Source: Erysipelothrix inopinata
Lineage (GTDB): Bacteria; Bacillota_I; Bacilli_A; Erysipelotrichales; Erysipelotrichaceae
Length of the DNA stretch: 32,000 bases
Reading direction: 5' to 3'
Assembly: GCF_014396165.1 (NCBI RefSeq)
Contig: NZ_CP060715.1
Coordinates: forward strand, 1,260,001 to 1,292,000
This document shows, piece by piece, positions 7,799 through 16,163 of the stretch. Under the pieces are notes generated by a model. The model saw only the letters and a program-made list of their open reading frames with translations. It ran no database searches and was not told the DNA's origin. The translations under genes were made by a program, and so were the position numbers. Position 1 is the first letter of the stretch. Every line of letters starts with the position of its first letter.

Positions 7799-8812
7799 AT
7801 GAAAGTATTTATAATTGGCGCTACAGGATTGTTGGGAAGTGAGGCAGCACGTCAACTTATTGATGCAGGTCATGAAGTATCGGGCTTAGCACTTCCTCCA
7901 ATCCCAACAGGTGCTCCAATTCCTAAAGAAATGACTTTAAAATTCGGAAACTATGCTGAATGTAGTGATGCGGAAATGGCAGAATATCTAAAAGATATGG
8001 ATGGTATTGTATTTGCGGCAGGCGTTGATGAACGCGTGGATTGCCCATCTCCTGTTTATGATTTTTTCAAGAAGTGGAACATTGACGCATTGCAACGTAT
8101 CTTAAAGATTGCGAAAGAACAGAAGGTAAAGCATGCTGTTGTATTGGGATCGTACTTTGTACATATGAATCGTAAATTTCCAGAATTTAATCTTTATGAA
8201 TCACACCCTTATATTAGAAGTCGTGTTGATCAAGAAGAACTTGCAATATCTATGGCTGATGCATCATTTGATGTTGCAGTGTTAGAACTTCCATATATCT
8301 TTGGAACACAACCAGGACGTAAACCTGTCTGGACATTATTAGTGGATTCAGTGAGAGCAACTCCTGACGTTACCTATTACCCAACAGGCGGAACCACGAT
8401 GGTTACAGTCAAACAGGTCGGACAGTCAATAGTAGGTGCCTTAACGTTAAATAAGGGAGGAAACTTCTATCCAATTGGATATACAAATATGACATGGAAT
8501 GATTTGATGGGTGAAGTACACAATGCAATGGGATTGAAATCAAGACCTATCTATAATATTACTAAAGATCAATATATTGCCTCAGTAGAACCTTTACAAA
8601 ACGAACTTGAATCTAAAGGACTCGATTCAGGTCTCAACATGGTCAAATTTGCGGATCTTCAATTTTCAAATATGTTTATTGATAAGAATGAAGGTAGCAC
8701 ACAACTGGGAGTTACTGAAGATGATATCATTGAAGCAATTCACGATTCAATTCGTTTAAGTATCGATGTTGTGGATGCTAATGTCGAAGTAATCGATATG
8801 AAAGTAGATTAG
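7799..8812 (+). CDS. NAD(P)-binding epimerase/dehydratase-like oxidoreductase (extended SDR family)
   Basis: 337 aa. N-terminal Rossmann motif KVFIIGATGLLGSEAARQL. Divergent from the AraC gene. Confidence 0.7.
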   Translation: MKVFIIGATGLLGSEAARQLIDAGHEVSGLALPPIPTGAPIPKEMTLKFGNYAECSDAEMAEYLKDMDGIVFAAGVDERVDCPSPVYDFFKKWNIDALQRILKIAKEQKVKHAVVLGSYFVHMNRKFPEFNLYESHPYIRSRVDQEELAISMADASFDVAVLELPYIFGTQPGRKPVWTLLVDSVRATPDVTYYPTGGTTMVTVKQVGQSIVGALTLNKGGNFYPIGYTNMTWNDLMGEVHNAMGLKSRPIYNITKDQYIASVEPLQNELESKGLDSGLNMVKFADLQFSNMFIDKNEGSTQLGVTEDDIIEAIHDSIRLSIDVVDANVEVIDMKVD

Positions 8813-8838
8813 AAACGTTACATATTCATAATTAAATC

Positions 8839-8861
8839 AAAGAGGACGCGTCCTCTTTTTT
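8839..8861 (+). terminator. Rho-independent terminator after the SDR gene
   Basis: AAAGAGGA-cgcg-TCCTCTTT followed by a T-run. Confidence 0.75.
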
Positions 8862-8915
8862 AATATATATTACTTGAAACGTGATATGATAAAAGCAAAT
8901 AAGAGGTATGATAAC

Positions 8916-9803
8916 ATGAAATTAGGAGAAGGCATTCGATTGAATCGACTCAAGTTAAATTTAACTCAAGATGATCTTGCTGATCAGCTTTTTGTTTCTC
9001 GCCAGACTATTTCAAAGTGGGAACAGGGAAATACGTATCCTGATTTATCAAACTTGATTCGTTTGGCAGAAATTTTTGAAGTGAGCATTGATGAATTGGT
9101 GACAGGTGATAAGTTTATTAAAAAACCATTTGTTATTGGAATCAAACCTAATCGTAAAATATTTTTAAAGAAGTTCTTTTGTAATCAATTTGTATTTTTA
9201 ACGATGAGTTCAACAATGTTTCTGGCGTTAGGTATTTGGTCAATATTCTTTAATAACAGTGTAACGCTTGAGAGTACGTTTGCCTATCGTGTCCCAATTA
9301 ATATCACTGTTGGACTTCTTCTAAGTTTTGCTATATTTGCACTATACAGTAGCAAGATCTATCCTTACTGGATGATTGCTGATGAAGGAATTTATTACAT
9401 GGGACCCTTAACCTATCAACAATCTTGGAAAAGAAATTTGAGTCTTTTATTCCATGATACTGATGAGTCATTTTTGAGTGTAATACCTTATCATGATATT
9501 GAATCAGGAATTATCACATATGAACCGCGTGCGTATCAGGACAAGGATATTATTGCAATCCCTCAAGCGTACAATAATCCGACGGTTGCGATGTACTATA
9601 TCATGCAAGCGCCTTTATATATTGCTTTGAAAACAAAAGATACCGTGATTAATCTGGATTTGAAAATCGATTATTACCGCGGAGATCAGGCCCTGTTTCA
9701 TTACAACATTGAAATATTGCGCTACCTCAACAATCGCAATATAAAAATAAGTGATCCAGATAACATCATCGAAAGAGTTTTATCCGGCGAAGACCTTTCA
9801 TAA
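8916..9803 (+). CDS. XRE-family HTH protein with transmembrane segments and an uncharacterised C-terminal domain
   Basis: The ORF-track TTG 8874 is probably an extension; ATG 8916 has an AAGAGG RBS. HTH_3 motif LTQDDLADQLFVSRQTISKWEQGNTYPDLSNLIRLAEIF, then 2-3 hydrophobic helices, then a ~150-aa soluble tail. Confidence 0.6.
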   Translation: MKLGEGIRLNRLKLNLTQDDLADQLFVSRQTISKWEQGNTYPDLSNLIRLAEIFEVSIDELVTGDKFIKKPFVIGIKPNRKIFLKKFFCNQFVFLTMSSTMFLALGIWSIFFNNSVTLESTFAYRVPINITVGLLLSFAIFALYSSKIYPYWMIADEGIYYMGPLTYQQSWKRNLSLLFHDTDESFLSVIPYHDIESGIITYEPRAYQDKDIIAIPQAYNNPTVAMYYIMQAPLYIALKTKDTVINLDLKIDYYRGDQALFHYNIEILRYLNNRNIKISDPDNIIERVLSGEDLS

Positions 9804-9804
9804 A

Positions 9805-9838
9805 AAAAGAACATGTTCAACTTAGAACATGTTCTTTT
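9805..9838. terminator. Bidirectional terminator between the XRE gene and the opu operon
   Basis: AAAAGAACATGTTC-aactta-GAACATGTTCTTTT. Two copies of the palindrome GAACATGTTC pair with each other, with A-run/T-run flanks. Confidence 0.75.
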
Positions 9839-9842
9839 AGTA

Positions 9843-10475
9843 TTATACTTTGATTAACTTTTTCTCTAGATAACTTAGAGAAACATCAGCAAGTATTGCC
9901 ATTAAGGCTGTTGGTAGTGCACCAGCCCATACAATGGCGCTCCCGTTGGATACGTTGATTCCGCGAGTGATTATGTCTCCCAGACCTCCGGCCCCTATAA
10001 AGGTACCTATAGCGGTGATACCGATAGCAAGCACAAGAGCATTCCGGATTCCCCCAATAATAATTGACATGGATAATGGTAATTCAACTTTAAGAAGAAT
10101 TTGACGTGACGTCATTCCCATTCCTTTCGCAACGTCAAGAAGTTGAGGTTGAACATTAAGTACGGCTGTATAGGTGTTTTTCACTATTGGTAAAAGGGAA
10201 TATAAAAATACAGTCATCACAACAGTATTGGGTCCCAGTCCCATCACGATCATTAAGATTGAAAGCATTGCCAGTGATGGAATGGTTTGGATGACATTAC
10301 CAATTCGGATAACCCACGGTGCAAGTTTCCGGTGGCGTGCAATCTTGAATCCTAATGGAATAGCAACGATTGAAGCAAATAAGACACCATAAATTGATAT
10401 TAGAAAGTGTCGTAGAAATTGTTCTAAGACGAGGTTCCCGTTTGTTGCATAATATTGTAATATTTCTGAAATCAT
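9843..10475 (-). CDS. opuCD: Glycine betaine/carnitine/choline ABC transporter permease
   Basis: 210 aa from ATG 10475 (AAGGAG RBS, ATGA overlap with the upstream gene). OpuC-type permease. Gene order ATPase-permease-SBP-permease. Confidence 0.75.
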   Translation of the reverse strand: MISEILQYYATNGNLVLEQFLRHFLISIYGVLFASIVAIPLGFKIARHRKLAPWVIRIGNVIQTIPSLAMLSILMIVMGLGPNTVVMTVFLYSLLPIVKNTYTAVLNVQPQLLDVAKGMGMTSRQILLKVELPLSMSIIIGGIRNALVLAIGITAIGTFIGAGGLGDIITRGINVSNGSAIVWAGALPTALMAILADVSLSYLEKKLIKV

Positions 10476-11443
10476 TGAGCACTCCTTTCTTGGTACCAAG
10501 AATACCCATCACGCTGTGATAATGGCGTTGGTTGTACCGATTCAAAGTAGTTATTCTCTTCTAAGAATTGCTGTGCAACTTTCTTAGGTTCAATCTTTAA
10601 TTCATCTGCTTTTCGATTTAAGCCTTGCATGACATCTTGAGGTATCTGGTTTTCTAATTTTAAGAATACCGTTTCTAACTCAGGATGTGCTTCTAGGAGC
10701 TTGATGGAAAGTAGCGGACTTGCATCATAGGGCGGAAAGAGATTTCTATCATCTTCTAAGATTACAAGATCATAAGCTTCAATACGACCATCGGTTGAAT
10801 AACCGAGTACAGCTTGCATTTCATCAACTTGAAGAGCGTTATAGACTAAACCGATTTCCATGGGATAAAGGTTCGTAAAACTAAAGCCATATAGTTCTTT
10901 AAAGGATTCATAACCATCACCCGGACGATCAATCCATGATGAGTCTACTCCGACTTTAAGGGTAGATGACAGATTTTCAAAATCACTAACTTTAGAGAGA
11001 TTGTTTTCTTCAGCAAACTTTCGTGTCACCATGAATGCATACGAGTTTTCAAATCCGTATGATGGAAACCAGAGCATTTGGTAACGATTATAGTATTCTT
11101 TTTGTACGGTTTCCATTGCCAGTTTAGGATCGGTAATTGGATCCATGTGAAGCTCACCAGTTAATGATGTCCCAGTATACATTGCCCCCGCCACGTTAGC
11201 ATCGTTTCGAGTTAAGGCTTGATAGATAAGTAAGGTTGATCCGAGATTGTTAATTTGAGAGACTTTAACGTCTGGAATATAGTGTTGTGTCATTTGAACC
11301 AGAATTTCTGTCAGAATTTGTCGTTCTGTTGTGTTCCCACCAGCAATAACAATATCGTTGGATTGAGCATTCGCTCCCAAACCCGGTAGCGTACATCCTG
11401 TTAACAGTGTTAATGAAAGAAGCGTTATGATAAATTTTTTCAT
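10472..11443 (-). CDS. opuCC: Osmoprotectant-binding lipoprotein of an OpuC-type ABC transporter
   Basis: Start ATG 11443 (AAGGGAGGAG RBS). Signal peptide with lipobox MKKFIITLLSLTLLTGC. OpuBC/OpuCC-like substrate-binding fold sequence. Confidence 0.75.
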   Translation of the reverse strand: MKKFIITLLSLTLLTGCTLPGLGANAQSNDIVIAGGNTTERQILTEILVQMTQHYIPDVKVSQINNLGSTLLIYQALTRNDANVAGAMYTGTSLTGELHMDPITDPKLAMETVQKEYYNRYQMLWFPSYGFENSYAFMVTRKFAEENNLSKVSDFENLSSTLKVGVDSSWIDRPGDGYESFKELYGFSFTNLYPMEIGLVYNALQVDEMQAVLGYSTDGRIEAYDLVILEDDRNLFPPYDASPLLSIKLLEAHPELETVFLKLENQIPQDVMQGLNRKADELKIEPKKVAQQFLEENNYFESVQPTPLSQRDGYSWYQERSAQ

Positions 11444-12081
11444 AATGATTCTCCTCCCTTTCGTTCTGTCTTCGGTGTCCAAGCAATTTCTACTTTTTCA
11501 AGAATTAAATCGATGATGAAAGCAAGAATGATTATCGGAAAGGTACCCGATAAAATAAGTGTCATATTAAAATTATTGAGACCACTAAAGATAAGATCAC
11601 CCAAACCTCCTGCCCCAATATATGAAGCTAGGGTTGTCCATGCAAGAACAAGCGTAGTTGAAAGTCTGACCCCAGACATAATTACTGGGAAGGCAAGTGG
11701 GACTTGGACAGCCTTAATTTGTTGAAATGGATTCATTCCCATTCCTTTCGCAGCATCGACAATACTGGAATCTACGGACTGTACTCCAAGAAAAGTATTT
11801 CTTAAAATTGGGAGTAACGAATAAATACATAATGCGACAATTGCAGGTTTACGTCCAACCCCCATAATGGGAACAATCATTGCTAGTAATGCAAGTGATG
11901 GAATTGTTTGAAGGACCGAGGCAATCGCAATAACAACGGATGAGAGTCGTTTGCTACGACTGATAATAACACCAAGAGGAATTGCGATAAGACATCCCAA
12001 ACCCAATGCTGATAAACTAATGATAAGATGTTGTCCTATCTTAGTTATGAGTGTGGGTAGTAGTGCTATAAAATCATTCAT
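11440..12081 (-). CDS. opuCB: Glycine betaine/carnitine/choline ABC transporter permease
   Basis: 213 aa, 5-6 TM, paralogous to the 9843-10475 product (shared motifs LQTIPSLALLA / VQTIPSLAMLS, GAGGLGD). Confidence 0.75.
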   Translation of the reverse strand: MNDFIALLPTLITKIGQHLIISLSALGLGCLIAIPLGVIISRSKRLSSVVIAIASVLQTIPSLALLAMIVPIMGVGRKPAIVALCIYSLLPILRNTFLGVQSVDSSIVDAAKGMGMNPFQQIKAVQVPLAFPVIMSGVRLSTTLVLAWTTLASYIGAGGLGDLIFSGLNNFNMTLILSGTFPIIILAFIIDLILEKVEIAWTPKTERKGGESL

Positions 12082-13270
12082 TTAAATCACCTTCGTATGT
12101 AGAAGCTGCCAGAGCTTTATCAGAAAGTTCCATATCTGCATCCTCATCAGCTTGAGGTTCATAGTCTTTCCATAACGCGTCGTAAACAGCTTGTACAATC
12201 GCACCACGAGTTACAATTCCTACAAGACGTCCTTTAGAATCAACAACTGAAATATTTCGATGACCTAATTCTTGAACATAATAAATAGCATCACGAATCG
12301 TTGTATCATTTTGAATATAAGTAACTTTCTTCATAATCGTACTCACTTTTTCATTGCGGTTTTTGACTTTTGTTAAGGCACGAATATCAACACGACCAAT
12401 TAAAACATCATCTTTATCAACAATTAAGATATCATCGACTTTTGTTTTACGCATGCGTATTGCAGTATCACGGATTGTCATATCATCCGTTACTTTAATC
12501 GGATCAATCATCAATTTCTCAACGGATTCGTACTCAAAAATTGCCTGTTGAAGGCGTTCTTCACCAATTAAGTGCCGTACAAAATCATTAGCAGGATTAA
12601 TTAGTATTTCTTCTGGCGTACCTTGTTGGATAACTTCACCTTTATCCATGATTACAATTTTATCTGCCATGGCTAAAGCTTCGTCCATATCATGTGTTAC
12701 AAAGACAATCGTTTTATTCATATCTTTTTGAAGCTGTTTAACAAATCGTTGCAATGCATCACGAGTAATCGGATCCAATGCCCCAAATGGCTCATCCATA
12801 AGAATAATGGATTGATCCGCAGCCAAAGCACGAATTACCCCAACACGTTGCTGCATACCACCACTTAATTCCGAAGGATAGGCTTCAAGAAGCGTTTCAG
12901 GTAAGTCAGCACGTTCCATCAACTCTAAAGCTTTTTGTCTTGATTTCTCCTCATCCCATTTTAATAGTTTTGGAACTAAAGTTATGTTGTCATAAATTGT
13001 CATGTGCGGCATTAAACCGATTTGTTGGATAACATATCCAATTTGACGTCTCAGCTGAACTTCATTGATTGTTTTAATATCAACACCATTAATCAAGATT
13101 TGTCCTGTACTTGGATCAATCATTCGGTTGATCATACGCATGGTTGTGGTTTTACCACTTCCTGACGTTCCAATGAAGCAAACGAAAGATCCTGTCTCTA
13201 TCTGAATATTTACATTATTTACGGCAGATTTAGTCCCGAATGTTTTGCATACATTTTTGAATTCAATCAT
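12074..13270 (-). CDS. opuCA: Osmoprotectant ABC transporter ATPase with tandem C-terminal CBS domains
   Basis: Start ATG 13270 (GGAGGAAG RBS; the ORF-track start 13303 is an extension). Walker A GTSGSGKTT, signature LSGGMQQRV, Walker B ILMDEPFGALD, then a CBS pair. Confidence 0.85.
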   Translation of the reverse strand: MIEFKNVCKTFGTKSAVNNVNIQIETGSFVCFIGTSGSGKTTTMRMINRMIDPSTGQILINGVDIKTINEVQLRRQIGYVIQQIGLMPHMTIYDNITLVPKLLKWDEEKSRQKALELMERADLPETLLEAYPSELSGGMQQRVGVIRALAADQSIILMDEPFGALDPITRDALQRFVKQLQKDMNKTIVFVTHDMDEALAMADKIVIMDKGEVIQQGTPEEILINPANDFVRHLIGEERLQQAIFEYESVEKLMIDPIKVTDDMTIRDTAIRMRKTKVDDILIVDKDDVLIGRVDIRALTKVKNRNEKVSTIMKKVTYIQNDTTIRDAIYYVQELGHRNISVVDSKGRLVGIVTRGAIVQAVYDALWKDYEPQADEDADMELSDKALAASTYEGDLNE

Positions 13271-13333
13271 AATCTTACTTCCTCCAATAGCAATGATGAA
13301 CATGACTCGGAGACTTAAAATTAAAAGTTTTAA

Positions 13334-13357
13334 TAAAAAAGAACATCAATATGTTCT
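13334..13357 (-). promoter_or_regulatory. Terminator-like hairpin inside the opu 5' leader (possible attenuator)
   Basis: Minus strand reads AGAACAT-attg-ATGTTCT followed by TTTTTT. It lies between the predicted promoter (13399-13426) and the opuCA start (13270). Confidence 0.35.
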
Positions 13358-13370
13358 CTATAGTTTATCG

Positions 13371-13383
13371 TGACATCATGTCA
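13371..13383. promoter_or_regulatory. Perfect palindrome TGACAT-C-ATGTCA in the opu leader (candidate operator)
   Basis: 13-bp inverted repeat about 15 nt downstream of the predicted -10. Confidence 0.3.
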
Positions 13384-13398
13384 TGCATTGGTAGGATA

Positions 13399-13426
13399 AT
13401 TATATCACTGTGATGATTTTTTGCAA
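13399..13426 (-). promoter_or_regulatory. Sigma-A type promoter for the opu operon
   Basis: Minus strand: TTGCAA (13426-13421), 16-nt spacer ending in TGa (extended -10), TATAAT (13404-13399). Confidence 0.5.
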
Positions 13427-13593
13427 ATTTCTATTAAATCAATGAGATTTTCACGGTGTTTTTCACAAGCAGTAGAACTCTCAGACATACAAACTTTAAC
13501 TTAAATAATTGAGTGCTCAAATCCTCTTAATAACGCTTAAATTGGGTTTTAAAAAAGATATAATTAATAAGCGTAATAATTTCAGGAGGCTTT

Positions 13594-14484
13594 ATGAAAA
13601 AAATATTAGGATGTATTGTTGCTTTATTATTAGTTACAGGTTGTCAAAGTAAACCTAAGGAAGAACTTCAAACTTTAAAAATTGGAGTGATGCCTGCGGT
13701 GGATACAGCACCCATTTTTGTTGCTATTGAAAATGGATATTTTGAGGAATTAGGATTGAAGTTGGAAGCAGATGTTTATACGAATGCTATGAATCGTCAA
13801 GCTGCACTTCAAAGTGGGGAACTCGATGGTGCGATGACAGATGTTATTGCTTTAGTTAATAATGTTGATAATGGTTTTGAAATGAAAGTAACACTTTCTA
13901 CAGATGGCGTCTTTCCAATTCTAACTTCACCAAAATTCGAAGAAAAATCGGATATTAAAGTAGGCATGATGGAAGTGAGTGTTACAAACTACTTAAGTGA
14001 TGAGTATTTAAGTAATTACACCATTAATAAAGAATATATAAATGAAATTCCTGCTCGACTAGAATTAGTAGCGAAAGGTGGATTGGATATGGTTGTTGTT
14101 CCTGAACCAGTAGCATCTCAAGGGGAAGCAAATGGACTGAAGAAAACAGTATTTGAATCCAAGGATAATTTCTCTCCGGATGTGATGATTTTTACGGATA
14201 AAGCAATTAAAGAAAAAAATACCGAAATTAAGAAATTCCACGAAGGATACAATAAGGCTGTCACTGAAATTAATAAAAATCCAGAACTTGCACGTAACGT
14301 ATTAGTGCAAAAACTAGATTTAAAAGAAGAAGTTTCAAAACTTATGGTTTTACCAACTTACCATGAAGCACGCGTTCCAGATGAAGCGTTTGTAAATAAA
14401 ATTATTGAGTGGAATAATCGAACTCTTAATACTGATGTGAAGGTTAGCTATAAGGACTTGGTTGACCCACAGTTTACAAAATGA
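13594..14484 (+). CDS. ABC transporter substrate-binding lipoprotein (NMT1/SsuA/ThiY-like, NitT/TauT family)
   Basis: Lipobox MKKILGCIVALLLVTGC. LKIGVMPAVDTAPIFVAIENGYFEELGL is typical of this SBP class. AGGAGG RBS. Confidence 0.65.
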   Translation: MKKILGCIVALLLVTGCQSKPKEELQTLKIGVMPAVDTAPIFVAIENGYFEELGLKLEADVYTNAMNRQAALQSGELDGAMTDVIALVNNVDNGFEMKVTLSTDGVFPILTSPKFEEKSDIKVGMMEVSVTNYLSDEYLSNYTINKEYINEIPARLELVAKGGLDMVVVPEPVASQGEANGLKKTVFESKDNFSPDVMIFTDKAIKEKNTEIKKFHEGYNKAVTEINKNPELARNVLVQKLDLKEEVSKLMVLPTYHEARVPDEAFVNKIIEWNNRTLNTDVKVSYKDLVDPQFTK

Positions 14485-15209
14485 TTGATATCAATGCGTT
14501 AACTGTTAGGTATGGAGAACAGTCTGTTATTGAAAATCTTAATCTACACATTCAAAAGGGGACGATTTGTACTCTAATTGGACCTTCGGGTTGTGGTAAA
14601 ACGACGCTTTTGTATTGTATCGCTGGACTTAAAAAAGGGAATCAAGGAGTCATTGAAATTGATGGTGAAACTCTCAATGATGTTCGTTCAAGTTCGAGCT
14701 TGATTCTTCAAGATTACGGTTTGTTTCCTTGGAAAACAGTTGCGGATAACATATCTTTTCCATTGAAATCTAAAGGGTATGCAAAAGATGAAATCAATCA
14801 TAAACTTCAAAGTACTCTAGACAAACTGGGACTTAAGGGACTTGAAAATCGCTATCCTACTGAGCTCAGTGGTGGTCAGCGTCAGCGTGTCGCTTTGGGC
14901 AGAAGTCTCATCTTGGAACCAGATCTACTATTGATGGATGAAGCGACATCGGCTCTTGATTCGATAACAAAAGAAGCCATACAAGATCAAATACGAGATT
15001 TGTCTGCTCAAAATAAGTTAACAGTATTGGTGGTTACGCATAATATTGAGGAAGCTGTCTTTTTAGGAGATCGCATTTTAGTGATGAATCAAGGCAAAAT
15101 TACCCATGACCTAAATAATGATTTAGATCGAAGTGATGATGCACGGAGTTCCGAAGCGTTTCATCAACAATGTTTGAAGGTTAGAGGATATCTCAATGAA
15201 ACAATTTAA
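14481..15209 (+). CDS. ABC transporter ATP-binding protein (NitT/TauT type)
   Basis: Walker A GPSGCGKTT, signature LSGGQRQRV, Walker B LLLMDEATSALD, H-loop VTHN. ATGA overlap with the SBP gene. Confidence 0.85.
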   Translation: MIDINALTVRYGEQSVIENLNLHIQKGTICTLIGPSGCGKTTLLYCIAGLKKGNQGVIEIDGETLNDVRSSSSLILQDYGLFPWKTVADNISFPLKSKGYAKDEINHKLQSTLDKLGLKGLENRYPTELSGGQRQRVALGRSLILEPDLLLMDEATSALDSITKEAIQDQIRDLSAQNKLTVLVVTHNIEEAVFLGDRILVMNQGKITHDLNNDLDRSDDARSSEAFHQQCLKVRGYLNETI

Positions 15210-15978
15210 GACCAAAGGGCTGTCAATTCTCTATGGGTTTGGTATGGTGTTATTGTTTTGGTGGCTTCTTTATATATTACTTGATACTCCTGCGATACCT
15301 AATCCAGGTGCTACCATCACTCAAACACTAAAAATATTTCCAAATCAACTCGCTTACCATCTTTGGGTCAGCCTAAAACGAATTGGTTGCGCAATTCTTT
15401 TTGCGGCTCTGGTTGGTACAACGCTGGGCATCACGATGGGTTTAAATCAACGCTTTGACCAAGCACTATCTCCGATTGTTTATATCCTTTATCCATTACC
15501 TAAAATTGCATTTTTACCGATATTTATGATTTTATTTGGTCTAAACGAACTCCCTAAAATTATCTTAATCTTCGTAGTGATTGTCTTTCAATTTATATTA
15601 TCTGCGAAAGATGCCGTGAAAGAGATACCAGTTTCGTGGTTTGACTCCTTCCAATCACTCGGTCTACAAAAAAGAGATGCTTTGAAACATCTTATTATAC
15701 CGGCAATTCTACCGCAATGGTTCACAGCACTTAGAAGTAGTGTTGGAGTAAGCATTGCAGTCCTGTTTTTCGCGGAAAATTTTGCGACTAGCTATGGTAT
15801 TGGCTACTATATTATGAATGCATGGGCTATGGCTAATTATGTCAACATGTTTTGCGGTATAACGGCTTTAGGCGTACTGGGACTTCTTATTTTCATGGTA
15901 ATTGATTGTATAGAAGCTAAGGTTTGCCATTGGAAAACGATTGAAACGAAAATGAAACGAGAAAGTATACAGGCCTAA
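15196..15978 (+). CDS. ABC transporter permease (NitT/TauT type)
   Basis: 260 aa, 6 TM, overlaps the ATPase gene by 14 nt. Confidence 0.8.
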   Translation: MKQFKTKGLSILYGFGMVLLFWWLLYILLDTPAIPNPGATITQTLKIFPNQLAYHLWVSLKRIGCAILFAALVGTTLGITMGLNQRFDQALSPIVYILYPLPKIAFLPIFMILFGLNELPKIILIFVVIVFQFILSAKDAVKEIPVSWFDSFQSLGLQKRDALKHLIIPAILPQWFTALRSSVGVSIAVLFFAENFATSYGIGYYIMNAWAMANYVNMFCGITALGVLGLLIFMVIDCIEAKVCHWKTIETKMKRESIQA

Positions 15979-16001
15979 TTCTTCGGATTTAGGTCTTTTT
16001 T
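15971..16001 (+). terminator. Rho-independent terminator after the ABC operon
   Basis: AGGCCTAA / TTAGGTCT stem (one G:U) followed by T6. Confidence 0.6.
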
Positions 16002-16052
16002 GATATAGAAACAAGGATATTTGATGAAATCAGTGTGACAAAACAATGAGAA

Positions 16053-16083
16053 AGTGTATTTTTAGTGTTTAGAGTGTATACAC
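16053..16083 (+). promoter_or_regulatory. AGTGT direct-repeat array ending in the palindrome GTGTATACAC (candidate cit-regulator operator)
   Basis: AGTGTATTTTT-AGTGTTTAG-AGTGTATACAC, with repeats starting at 16053, 16064 and 16073 (spacing 11, 9), 81 nt upstream of the GntR gene ATG. Same architecture at 20224-20252. Confidence 0.4.
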
Positions 16084-16163
16084 GCATTTTTATATCTTTG
16101 CAATTACTTTATACTATAGTTAGCAATACGGTATTTTGACATGGGGATGATAAGGAGGAGAAT

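Noticed and set aside
13430-13593. Possible TPP riboswitch upstream of the ThiY-like SBP gene
   Set aside because: CTGAGA occurs only on the opposite strand, and the remaining THI-box core (ACCUGAUCUGGAUAAUGCCAGCG-like) is absent. A likely promoter (TATAAT at about 13558) leaves only a short leader.
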